64,000 bases of DNA from Vicinamibacterales bacterium (GTDB lineage: Bacteria; Acidobacteriota; Vicinamibacteria; Vicinamibacterales; UBA8438), in the NCBI GenBank assembly GCA_965246995.1, contig OZ252008.1:947986-1011985 (forward strand). The letters run 5' to 3'. Numbering within the stretch: the stretch's first letter is position 1; every line of letters starts with the position of its first letter. A program made the position numbers and the translations under genes. A model generated the notes under the pieces. It was not told the origin of the DNA and searched no databases. It saw nothing but the letters and a program-made list of their open reading frames with translations. This document shows positions 32,164 through 40,611 of this stretch, piece after piece.

Positions 32164-32347
32164 ACAGGAGCCCGTGGTGAAACCCCCGCTACATTCGAGC
32201 GGCGACGCATCCCGCCTGAACGGCGTTGCTCCTCGGACTGCGTCAGTCCGCGGTCGCAATATGGCCAATATGCTCCCTCGTCGCGCCTTGTCAGGCGAGC
32301 GCCTCGTCGCTCTCGGTGCTACGCGGGGTTTCACCACGGGCTCCTAG
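32164..32347 (+). mobile_element. 184-bp inverted-repeat element, copy 1 (MITE-like)
   Basis: About 95% identical (9 mismatches by my count) to 48005..48188 in the same orientation. The terminal inverted repeat is GGAGCCCGTGGTGAAACCCC / GGGGTTTCACCACGGGCTCC. The right flank is CTAG and the left flank is ACAG. Confidence 0.8.
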
Positions 32348-32929
32348 GGCCTGCACCTCACCGTGTCGGAAGCAGTCCACCTGGTGGTCGTTCACCATGC
32401 CCGTCGCCTGCATGTGCGCGTAGCAGATGGTGGAACCGACGAACGAGAAGCCACGCGACTTCAGGTCCTTGCTCAATGCATCGGACTCCTCGGTTCGCGC
32501 CGGCACGTCGGTCCAGGACTGCCTTCTGTTCTGTTTCGGACGACCGTCTACGAACCGCCAGATGTAGGCATCGAAGCTGCCGAACTCGTCCTGCACCTCG
32601 AGAAACGCCCGTGCGTTCTTGATGGCCGATTCGATCTTCAACCGGTTCCGGATAATGCCCGCGTCGTTCAGCAGCCGCGCCACCTGGCCTTCGTCGAACC
32701 GTGCGACCTTCTCCGGATCGAACTGGCTGAACGCAAGACGGTACGCCGGTCGCCGTTTCAGGATGGTGAGCCAGCTCAACCCCGCCTGCGCCCCTTCCAG
32801 CACCAGCATCTCGAAGATTTTCTGATCGTCATGGAGCGGCACGCCCCATTCCTCGTCGTGGTACGGCAGGTAGAGGGGGTGGGAGGCGCCCCAGGGGCAG
32901 CGCTTCCGCTGGTCGCCCGGTGCGGTCAC
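32291..32929 (-). CDS. tag: DNA-3-methyladenine glycosylase I
   Basis: ORF 32291..33007 trimmed to GTG 32929 (MTAPGDQRKRCPWG). It matches E. coli Tag-like blocks: YHDEEWGVP, FEMLVLEGAQAGLSW and ICYAHMQATGMVNDH. The last 18 codons and the stop lie inside element copy 1. Confidence 0.85.
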   Translation of the reverse strand: MTAPGDQRKRCPWGASHPLYLPYHDEEWGVPLHDDQKIFEMLVLEGAQAGLSWLTILKRRPAYRLAFSQFDPEKVARFDEGQVARLLNDAGIIRNRLKIESAIKNARAFLEVQDEFGSFDAYIWRFVDGRPKQNRRQSWTDVPARTEESDALSKDLKSRGFSFVGSTICYAHMQATGMVNDHQVDCFRHGEVQALGARGETPRSTESDEALA

Positions 32930-32952
32930 GGCGTCATGATACTGTCGTAGCC

Positions 32953-34092
32953 GTGCAGCGCGCCCGTCTTTCGGCCCTGTGCATGGCGATCGCCATCGGG
33001 TCGACAACGGGTTCCTCCTCCCTCGCGCAGCAGGCGGAACGGGAACCGTTCGTTGCTCCGCTCACGGTCGAGGAGATGACCGCCAAGCAGGTGGTCCTCG
33101 AGACCCACCTGGGCACGATCGCGATCGATCTCCGGCCCGACCTTGCGCCCAATCATGTCGGGTTGATCATGCGCCTCGTCGAGGAGGGAACCTACGCCGG
33201 CACGACGTTCCACCGGATGGTCGCTAACGGCATCGTTCAGGGCGGCGACCCGCTTACCGCCGATCCGGAGCGGGCGGCGGACTATGGCCGCGGCGGCCTC
33301 GGTCTCGTTGACGCCGAGCCGAGCGGCGCGGCGCATCTCCGGGGCACCGTGTCGGCCGTCGTGGCGCCGGGCGATCCGAACAGCGGCGGCGCGCAGTTCC
33401 TGATCTGCGTCGTGGATCAGCCGGGCCTTGACGGCCAGTACACCATCTGGGGCCAGGTGGCGGACGGTTTGGATGTGGTGACGCGGATATCCGAGACACC
33501 GGTCGATGCCGAGGGCCGCGCCACCGAGCGAATCGTGGTCCGAAGCGCCGCGATCCGCGACAAGCCGCCGCCGGAAGTGCCGCCGTTCACCACCGAAACG
33601 GATGCCGAGCTGGCCGCGTACCGCGTCGTGCTCGAGACTACGCATGGCCGGATCGCTATCGACCTGTACTCGGACCGCGCGCCGAACCATGTCCGCAACT
33701 TCCTCCGTCTGGCCGACGCGGGCGTCTACGACGGCATCGCGTTCCACCGCATCGTTCCCGGTTTCGTCATCCAGAGCGGCCACCTGCCGACCCGGCGGGA
33801 GATCCTGACGGACCGCCAGCAGCGCTACATCCAGAACCTCGACCCGGAATTCAACGACACGCCGCACGTTCGCGGCATCGTCTCGATGGCGAGACTCGAC
33901 GATCCGTCGAGCGCGTCGACCAGCTTCTTCATCGTCACTGACACGTCGCCGGAGTTGGACGGTACCTACACCGCCTTCGGCGTCGTCACCGAGGGTCTGG
34001 ATGTCGTGTCGGCAATTGAAGCGGTGCCCACCGACGGCGAGGCCCCGGTCGACAGGGTCGAGATCACCGACGCCGAAGTGGTCCGCCGTTAG
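32953..34092 (+). CDS. peptidyl-prolyl isomerase with two tandem cyclophilin domains
   Basis: ORF 32920..34092. The signal-peptide-like start is at GTG 32953. Two cyclophilin cores are present (FHRMVANGIVQGGDP and FHRIVPGFVIQSG). Confidence 0.85.
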   Translation: MQRARLSALCMAIAIGSTTGSSSLAQQAEREPFVAPLTVEEMTAKQVVLETHLGTIAIDLRPDLAPNHVGLIMRLVEEGTYAGTTFHRMVANGIVQGGDPLTADPERAADYGRGGLGLVDAEPSGAAHLRGTVSAVVAPGDPNSGGAQFLICVVDQPGLDGQYTIWGQVADGLDVVTRISETPVDAEGRATERIVVRSAAIRDKPPPEVPPFTTETDAELAAYRVVLETTHGRIAIDLYSDRAPNHVRNFLRLADAGVYDGIAFHRIVPGFVIQSGHLPTRREILTDRQQRYIQNLDPEFNDTPHVRGIVSMARLDDPSSASTSFFIVTDTSPELDGTYTAFGVVTEGLDVVSAIEAVPTDGEAPVDRVEITDAEVVRR

Positions 34093-34143
34093 TGCTACGC
34101 GGAAGCGCGGGCGCTGATGGTTCCTTGACCGGCGCGCGGCACA

Positions 34144-34569
34144 CTAGCGTTGGGCCGGTCCGTCCCCGCGCAGCCTGCGCTGCGCGAATCGCCAACCGGC
34201 CTCGGTCTTGACGAGACTGTCGGTGAATACGCCCGAAGTCTGAATCGCGGCCGGGCCGTCCATGGTGCGATAGAGCATCAAGTAACATCTGCCCTCCGCG
34301 CCGTCCGGCGTCGCCGAGATCATCACCTGACTCTGCCAGTTTCGCATGTGGCCGGCGTTGCTCTCGTACGCGCCCGCCGCAAACGCCGCCAAGGCGTCGC
34401 GGCCGGCGATTCTCAGCCCCGCGTCCTCGTCGTCGCCGGCGGCAATTGCCCCGCCCCGATCAGCCCAACATTCATTACCGCGAGTGACAGCGCAACCGCG
34501 CTGAACTGCTGGTGTCCGTGGCGACAGCCCGTGTCCTCGGCGCCACGTTGTTGACGCAGACCGCCGCAT
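34144..34569 (-). CDS. NTF2/SnoaL-like protein, N-terminus unresolved (possibly frameshifted)
   Basis: The C-terminal ~100 aa of ORF 34144..34704 look like an NTF2-like fold (GRDALAAF...CYLMLYRT...GVFTDSLVKTEAGWRFAQRRL). Upstream, third-position G/C favours other frames. Confidence 0.4.
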   Translation of the reverse strand: MRRSASTTWRRGHGLSPRTPAVQRGCAVTRGNECWADRGGAIAAGDDEDAGLRIAGRDALAAFAAGAYESNAGHMRNWQSQVMISATPDGAEGRCYLMLYRTMDGPAAIQTSGVFTDSLVKTEAGWRFAQRRLRGDGPAQR

Positions 34570-34679
34570 CGTCGTGATTCCTCGCCAAGTCGCTGAATCA
34601 GGCCGCGGACCGGCGCCAAGTACGTGCGCCCCAGGGTGAGCCCGTTTCCGTCTTCTTTGCGCATTCCTAGGCGAGGAGG

Positions 34680-35357
34680 ATGGAAATCGTGAGCCAAATG
34701 ACACAACTCACGCCCTACGTACTCGGTCTGCTCCTGGGCCTCGGACTCGCCGGCGGCACCCCGGTACTGGCGCAATCGGCAGCGGCCGAGTCCGGCTCGA
34801 CCGAACCGTCGTTAGCCTGGACGTTCGATGCCGGGGTCAGCAAGGTCCCGGGGCTCCGGTTCGGCTGGGGTTCCGAATCCAGCACCGTCGGCGGATGGAT
34901 TGGCGTCGGCTCCGGCAACTTCCGGCTCAACGTCAACTACTGGCACAGCGAGGTGCGTCAGGAGGAAACCATGTACGACCCGGGACTCGTCGAGTTGTCC
35001 ATCGTGGATCAGATGGATATCGCGGGCGTCTGGCGCTTCCGGGCGGGGCGCGTGTTCTCACCGCACGTCCTGGCCGGCGTCGGATTCGATCGATCCAGAT
35101 ACCACAGTTGTTGGGACACCCCGATCGGGCGCCGCTGCAGCGGAGAGAGCGCCGTGTGGTCCGTGCCAGCAGACAGCGGAGAGTCACTGGTCCACCGTAG
35201 CCGGAGTTTCTTTGGGGTGTACGGAGCGGGGATCGACCTCGCGCTCGGATCGCGGTTCTTCGTGCGCGCCCAAGCGCGGGTGTACACGGACCCCGACGCC
35301 TATTATCCGTTGTTCGCCAGGGTCGCCACGGTCATCGGCGGCGGCGTGCGCTTCTAG
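34680..35357 (+). CDS. outer-membrane beta-barrel protein (small porin/OmpW-like class)
   Basis: 225 aa with GAGGAGG directly before the ATG. It has a signal peptide, alternating beta-strand pattern and a C-terminal ...GGGVRF ending in Phe. Confidence 0.7.
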   Translation: MEIVSQMTQLTPYVLGLLLGLGLAGGTPVLAQSAAAESGSTEPSLAWTFDAGVSKVPGLRFGWGSESSTVGGWIGVGSGNFRLNVNYWHSEVRQEETMYDPGLVELSIVDQMDIAGVWRFRAGRVFSPHVLAGVGFDRSRYHSCWDTPIGRRCSGESAVWSVPADSGESLVHRSRSFFGVYGAGIDLALGSRFFVRAQARVYTDPDAYYPLFARVATVIGGGVRF

Positions 35358-35369
35358 CGTCTCTCTCTA

Positions 35370-37083
35370 GCCCGGATTTCTCACAGCTCCCGGAGATCGG
35401 GCATGAGGCGGTGGGTCTGGGGTTCCGGGCGGCCAACTCAGGCGCCAGCGGTGGTCTGGACGCGGGCGACGACGTGCGCGCGGCGCCAAAATCGGTCGGG
35501 TAAGCACACCATGCCCGAAAGGTCCCCGTGCCCCCCTGCGGTCGTGAACGTATGCCGCCGCCTGGCCAATCGTCAGGCCGGGCCGGGCGGTGCGCGCAAA
35601 CGTTGAGCGGCCGTGATGAACAGATCGGCGTCGGGCGCCAGCTCGGACAGCGCCACGCAGATGCGGCGCACGGTGACGCGGACGTGGGCGCCGATCTTGA
35701 GCAGCCGCAGCCGTAGCGTGTCGCATTGGGCGCGGGCGAGCCGGGTGCCCGCCAGCCCCCGGTCGCGGAGGTGCTGGAGCAGGACGTAGGCCAGCGTGGC
35801 CCAATACAGGCGCAGTTGGTTGGCGCGCAGCGTCGCACTGCTCGTCCGGTCCGCGAACAGCGCCAGTTGCTGTTCCTTGATGCGGTTCTCCATGTCCCCG
35901 CGGGCGCAATAGAAATCCTCATACAGCGCCTGCGCCGCCAGGGTGTCCGGCCGCAGCGATGTCACCACGAAGCGTGGATTGGCGCCCGCGGGCAGATGCT
36001 CGGCCTTGCCGACCACCCGGCGCTCCCGGCTCCAGCTCTCGCGCGTGCGATAGCGGAAGTCCGCAAACACCCGCGCGGCGGTCCCGGTTTCCTCGCACTG
36101 CGCCTGGGCCTGCGCCAGTTCGGGCCCGATGTGTTCCTTCAACCGAGCGTTCTTCGCCAAGCCGATGACGTAATCCACCGCATGCTCTTCGCACCAGTTC
36201 AGCAGCTCGTCTCGGCAGAACCCCGAGTCTCCCCGCACCACGATGGAGACCGACGGCCACGCCTGCCGCACCTGCCCCACAATCCGCGCCAACTCGTCCA
36301 CCACCCCGGCCGCCCCGTCGATGTTCGAGGGCCGCAACCGCGCGCAGAGCACCTGCGCCCCGCAGAAGATATACAGAGGCAGATAGCAGTAGTGCCGGTA
36401 ATACCCGTGGAAGAACCGCCCTTCCTGCTGGCCGTGCAGCGGGTCGTCCGTCGCATCGACATCCAGCACGATGCGCGCCGGCGGCGTCGGGTGCGACTCG
36501 ATGAACACGTCCACCAGCAGGGCGTCGAGCGCCGCTTCGTCATAGGTCACCTTCTTGTACCGGTCAGCCTCGGCGTCCTTCGACCCGACCAGTTCCAGCC
36601 GGTTCAGCGTGCTCTTCCCCGCCAGCGCGGCCCCGCGATCCGCCGGCCGCACCCGGTTCTCGCCCGTCGGGTCCGCCTTGCCCACCGCGGCCGCCACCAG
36701 CGGGTCGCGCCGCAGGGTGTCATGGTCGTTCAGATCTTCGTAGCCCAACGCGACGGCCATCACACGCTGGGTCACCAAGTCCTCGACCGTGTGCTCGATC
36801 AAGCTCGGATCCCGGTAGTCCTGGAAGCACTCCGCCGCGCGCCGGCACACGCCGGTGCACTTCTCCACCGCCCGCAGCAGCAATGCCCCGGCGTTGGACG
36901 TGATCGTTCCGCCATCGAAGCTGGCGACCAGACGGCGACGACCGACCCGAGGAAACTCAAGCTGGGTTGGCGTACAATGTGTCGACAAGAGGCTGCCTCC
37001 GTGTGTGGCTTGAAGTTATTGTGATAACAACACTTTACGCCATCACGGGCAGCCTCTTGTTCACCTCCGGTGAGAAATCCGGG
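35370..37083 (-). mobile_element. IS1380-family insertion sequence (1714 bp)
   Basis: It has a perfect 14-bp terminal inverted repeat, CCCGGATTTCTCAC (35370-35383 and reverse complement 37070-37083). It is flanked by a direct CTAG duplication (35366-35369 and 37084-37087) and carries a single transposase gene. Confidence 0.85.
35573..36988 (-). CDS. IS1380-family DDE transposase
   Basis: 471 aa. Blocks ITSNAGALLLR..., VVRGDSGF and YCARGDMENRIKEQQ...ADRTS...ANQLRL parallel ISEcp1/IS1380 transposases as I remember them. Confidence 0.9.
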   Translation of the reverse strand: MSTHCTPTQLEFPRVGRRRLVASFDGGTITSNAGALLLRAVEKCTGVCRRAAECFQDYRDPSLIEHTVEDLVTQRVMAVALGYEDLNDHDTLRRDPLVAAAVGKADPTGENRVRPADRGAALAGKSTLNRLELVGSKDAEADRYKKVTYDEAALDALLVDVFIESHPTPPARIVLDVDATDDPLHGQQEGRFFHGYYRHYCYLPLYIFCGAQVLCARLRPSNIDGAAGVVDELARIVGQVRQAWPSVSIVVRGDSGFCRDELLNWCEEHAVDYVIGLAKNARLKEHIGPELAQAQAQCEETGTAARVFADFRYRTRESWSRERRVVGKAEHLPAGANPRFVVTSLRPDTLAAQALYEDFYCARGDMENRIKEQQLALFADRTSSATLRANQLRLYWATLAYVLLQHLRDRGLAGTRLARAQCDTLRLRLLKIGAHVRVTVRRICVALSELAPDADLFITAAQRLRAPPGPA

Positions 37084-38689
37084 CTAGGAGTCTGCGCCGC
37101 AGGAGATTCGCCGGACGATAGTTGGCCGTCGGCCCACAACCTGACGCACCGCGTCGGGGCGACTTCGCCGGTCAGCGGGCGAGGTCGATTCTCGGCGGCC
37201 GGCGAAACGGTCGGCAAAATCGGCTCCGACGCGCCCCGGGGCTCGCCAGCGGCCACGATTCGCACCGCTGCGCGGCCGTTGCCGGCTTCATACCTCGCGT
37301 TTCACATCCCCATCAGGGGCTGAAGGCGTTTGACGTTCAACGCCAGGCACACCAAGTCCCACTCGCCGCCCGCCGTGGCGAGTCCCCGCAGGCTGAAGCG
37401 CCGGAATCCCAGCACGTGCTTGATCCAGCCGTGCGGGGCCTCCGACAGCCACTTGCGTTCCGCATACGCCGCCCGGCCCGCCCGCGTCGCCAGTTTCTCC
37501 GACATGCGACTCGTCGCCGGATGCTTCTTGGGGTCGCTGGTCGCCGCCGTCTTACCCTCTCGTCCCGGCGCCACATACCCGTTGACGCCCCGCGTCTCCA
37601 GGTCCACCAAGTCCCGCTCGTTGCAATACCCGGCGTCGGCCAGCACCGTCTCCGGCTGCGCGTCGAACGTCTCCGACACCGCGTCGAGCAGCGCCGGCAA
37701 CCCGCCCTGGTCACTCGCGTTCGCCGTCACGTCGGTCGCCACCACCAACTGGTGGTCACCATCCACCGCCACCTGCGCGTTGTAGCACTGCTGGAACCCT
37801 TCGTTGCTCGTCTTCATGATCCCGCTGTCCGGATCCGTGAAGTTGCTCTGCGCCTTCTCGTCCGGCTCGCCATACCCCCGCTTGTACGGCCGACCGCCCT
37901 GCGGGTTCCGACCCTCGCCCGGCTGCCGCCCGCGCGCGTCGTCCGCCGCCCGCTGCGCCGCCTCCAGACGCGCCTTCGCCGCCCGGATCGCCGCCAGACG
38001 ATCCTCCCGCCGCCGCAACTCCGTCGGCAGCTCGTCGCCGCGCACCTCCGCCCCCAACCGCGCATCCTCGGCCGCGTCAGCGTCGTCCGCCGACGCCAGC
38101 AGCGCGTCAATCTCGCCGACCAAGCGACGCTCCTCCTCCTGCATCCGACCGTAGCTCATCGCCTTGCGCTTGCTCGCGTTCGCCCGCACCTTCGTCCCGT
38201 CTATCGACAACTTCCCGAAGCTCGCCAGCCCCAGCTCTTGCGCCAGACGCACCACCTCCACAAACAGTTTCTTGAAGTCCCCAAGGTGCCGCCGACGGAA
38301 CTCGCACACCGTCCGGTGTTGCGGAAAGTTGCCCGCCGCCAGCACCCGGAACGCCACGTCCTCTTCCAGCTTCTTCGCGATCCCCCGCGACGAAAACACC
38401 CCCGTCGCATACGCGTAGATCAGCACCTTCACCAGCATCCGCGGCGCATACGGCGCGTTGCGCCGTCCGTCTCCCTCATACGGCGCGTAGAACGCCGTCA
38501 GATCCAAACCGTCCACCAGGTCGCTCACGTGATGCGCCAAGTGGCCTTCCGGCAGCCACTCCCGCATGTCGGCTGGCAGCAACAGGGTCTGGTCCGGTGC
38601 GTAGCGGCGGAACGTCGTCGACATCAGGTCCTTTCGTCGTCGGATGGTCTGCGATTGTCGCATCCCTTTTCTGCGGCGCAAACTCCTAG
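37084..38689 (-). mobile_element. IS1182-family insertion sequence (about 1.6 kb)
   Basis: The terminal inverted repeat is CTAGGAGTCTGCGCCGCAG (37084-) versus the reverse complement of CTGCGGCGCAAACTCCTAG (-38689), matching 18/19. It carries one transposase gene. Confidence 0.8.
37302..38624 (-). CDS. IS1182-family transposase
   Basis: ORF 37302..38978 trimmed to ATG 38624. The N-terminus is MSTTFRRYAPDQTLLLPADMREWLPEGHLAHHVSDLVDGLDL...RMLVKVLIYAYATGVFSSRGIAKKLEEDVAFRVLAAG. A coiled-coil spacer and DDE region follow. Confidence 0.9.
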   Translation of the reverse strand: MSTTFRRYAPDQTLLLPADMREWLPEGHLAHHVSDLVDGLDLTAFYAPYEGDGRRNAPYAPRMLVKVLIYAYATGVFSSRGIAKKLEEDVAFRVLAAGNFPQHRTVCEFRRRHLGDFKKLFVEVVRLAQELGLASFGKLSIDGTKVRANASKRKAMSYGRMQEEERRLVGEIDALLASADDADAAEDARLGAEVRGDELPTELRRREDRLAAIRAAKARLEAAQRAADDARGRQPGEGRNPQGGRPYKRGYGEPDEKAQSNFTDPDSGIMKTSNEGFQQCYNAQVAVDGDHQLVVATDVTANASDQGGLPALLDAVSETFDAQPETVLADAGYCNERDLVDLETRGVNGYVAPGREGKTAATSDPKKHPATSRMSEKLATRAGRAAYAERKWLSEAPHGWIKHVLGFRRFSLRGLATAGGEWDLVCLALNVKRLQPLMGM

Positions 38690-38825
38690 CTCCGTAACGC
38701 GTCCCGGCTGCTGCTGATCGTTGATTCGTCGCCCGTACTGGCGGTGCGGTAACGCGCACCCGCCGACGGCGCGCAGCAACTGGAGCCAGGTGACGCGAGC
38801 TGCGGCTCGCATAGGGGGAATCGAA

Positions 38826-39583
38826 GTGGAACGGGAGAAGCACAGGCACAGCCACAGAGTGGCGACGATGCTGGCCACCGCCCTTGTGCTGATGGCGATG
38901 GCGGCGCCTGCCGTCGCCCAGGAGACCGGCACGTTGCGCGGCAAGGTGACGTTGACGGAGACGGGCGATCCGGTGCACGAGGATGTGACGGTGACCGCGT
39001 CAGTGGGCGGCGCCGAGACGACGTTCGAGGCGTTCAACGCGGTGACGACGATCGACTCGTTCGACATCGTCGGCGGGGCGGAGGGAAGCCTGGACGATGC
39101 GCTGCGCAACGAGCCGGGCATCGCCAGCCGGAGTTTCGGCCCTGGGTCGAGCCGGCCGGTCATCCGCGGCTTCGACGGCGACCGCGTCCTGATCCTGGAG
39201 GACGGGATCAGGACCGGCGACCTCTCCAGTCAGTCGGGCGACCACGGCGTGACGATCGACCCGAACAGCGCCGAACGGATCGAGATCGTCCGTGGCCCGG
39301 CGACGCTGCTATACGGATCGAACGCCGTGGGCGGCCTGGTGAACGTGGTGACGCCGCACGAGAGCTACCGCGAGTCGCGCTTCGCCGGCACGCGCGCGCA
39401 GTTCAACGTGGACGGCGGCAGCGCCAACCAGCAAGTGGGCACCAACGCAAGTTTGCAGCACGGGCAGGGGAATGTCCTCTTCTGGGCAGGCGGGAGCACC
39501 GGAACCACACGTCGTTCATCAAGGACCTGGCGCCGGAGATTGGCCGCGGCGTGAAGGTGGGCTACTCGGTGCGGTTCTTCTAG
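38826..39583 (+). pseudogene. TonB-dependent receptor remnant (signal + plug domain fused out of frame to the last ~27 codons)
   Basis: Signal peptide and plug motifs are present (DDALRNEPGIASRSFGPGSSRPVIRGFDGDRVLILEDGIR...IEIVRGPATLLYGSNAVGGLVNVVT). Reading breaks near 39490. A different frame then gives NHTSFIKDLAPEIGRGVKVGYSVRFF-stop, a TBDR C-terminal strand. The beta-barrel of about 500 aa is missing. Confidence 0.75.
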
Positions 39584-39620
39584 CAGCTAGTGCCGTGCGC
39601 GAACTGCGGGCAGCACGCGC

Positions 39621-40550
39621 CTACGGGTGCAGGACGATGTTGGCGACGACCGGGTAGTGGTCGGAGGGGTACCGCCCGTTGTCATGATCGATGATGGTCT
39701 CGACCGAGCGGACCCCGACGGGCCCGCCCACCAGGATCCAGTCAATCCGCCCCTCGTTTGCCTGCTCCGGTGGAAGGAAGTCGCTCGAGGTGCGCGCGGG
39801 ACCGATGCGGTGATCCCCAACCATCCAGGCGTCGCGTAGACCGCTCGCGGTCGCGGCGCGCCACGTGTCGCTCACTTCCGCCATCGCGTTGAAGTCACCG
39901 GTGACGACGACCGGCGTACCTTCGGGCAGGGCGGCGACACGCTCCGCGATCATCGTGGCGGACCCCACCTGCCGCTCCCCCCGCCGCAGCGTGAGGTGCG
40001 TGTTGTAGACGTACAGTCGGCGGTCCGTGGCGATGTGATGAAAGTGCGCCCAGGTAGCGATCCGTGAGACACGGCGGCGGAAGCCGGCGCCGGTCGGCCC
40101 GGCGGGTGTCGCCGATAGCCAGAAGGTGCCCGACTCGACAGGCAGCAGCTCGCGGTGCCGGTAGAAGATCGGCGTGTGCTCGCTGAGCCCGGCACCGCCA
40201 TTCAAGCCGCGGTCGACACCAAGCCAGCGATAGTCGGGCAGTTTCTCCGAGAGATAGTCGAGCTGCTCGGTGAGCGCTTCCTGCAGGCCGGCCACCTGCG
40301 GTGCGATTCCATCGATCGTCTCCGCCACCAGGGCACGGCGATGCGGCCAGCCGTTCTCACCATCTTCCGCGCTGTTGCCCGACGTCCGGATATTGAACGT
40401 CATGACGGTAAGAGGGAGGGGCTCCACCTGCGCGGCGGGCGCGGCCGGAACCGCGACGGCCAGAACCACCGCGAGAATCGCAGCCACGGCGAGGACGGTC
40501 ATGGCCGTACGGGCGGCCCCCCGCCGCGCACGGCGATGCTCCATCGACAC
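39621..40550 (-). CDS. endonuclease/exonuclease/phosphatase (EEP) family secreted protein
   Basis: 309 aa with a signal peptide. EEP blocks are LTVMTFNIR, VAGLQE, VVTGDFN and YPSDHYPV. Confidence 0.8.
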   Translation of the reverse strand: MSMEHRRARRGAARTAMTVLAVAAILAVVLAVAVPAAPAAQVEPLPLTVMTFNIRTSGNSAEDGENGWPHRRALVAETIDGIAPQVAGLQEALTEQLDYLSEKLPDYRWLGVDRGLNGGAGLSEHTPIFYRHRELLPVESGTFWLSATPAGPTGAGFRRRVSRIATWAHFHHIATDRRLYVYNTHLTLRRGERQVGSATMIAERVAALPEGTPVVVTGDFNAMAEVSDTWRAATASGLRDAWMVGDHRIGPARTSSDFLPPEQANEGRIDWILVGGPVGVRSVETIIDHDNGRYPSDHYPVVANIVLHP

Positions 40551-40611
40551 AGTCTACAGGCGGGTGCGGACAGTTGCGCGCGGCGGCGGGCAGCGTGATG
40601 CATCGGATAAA

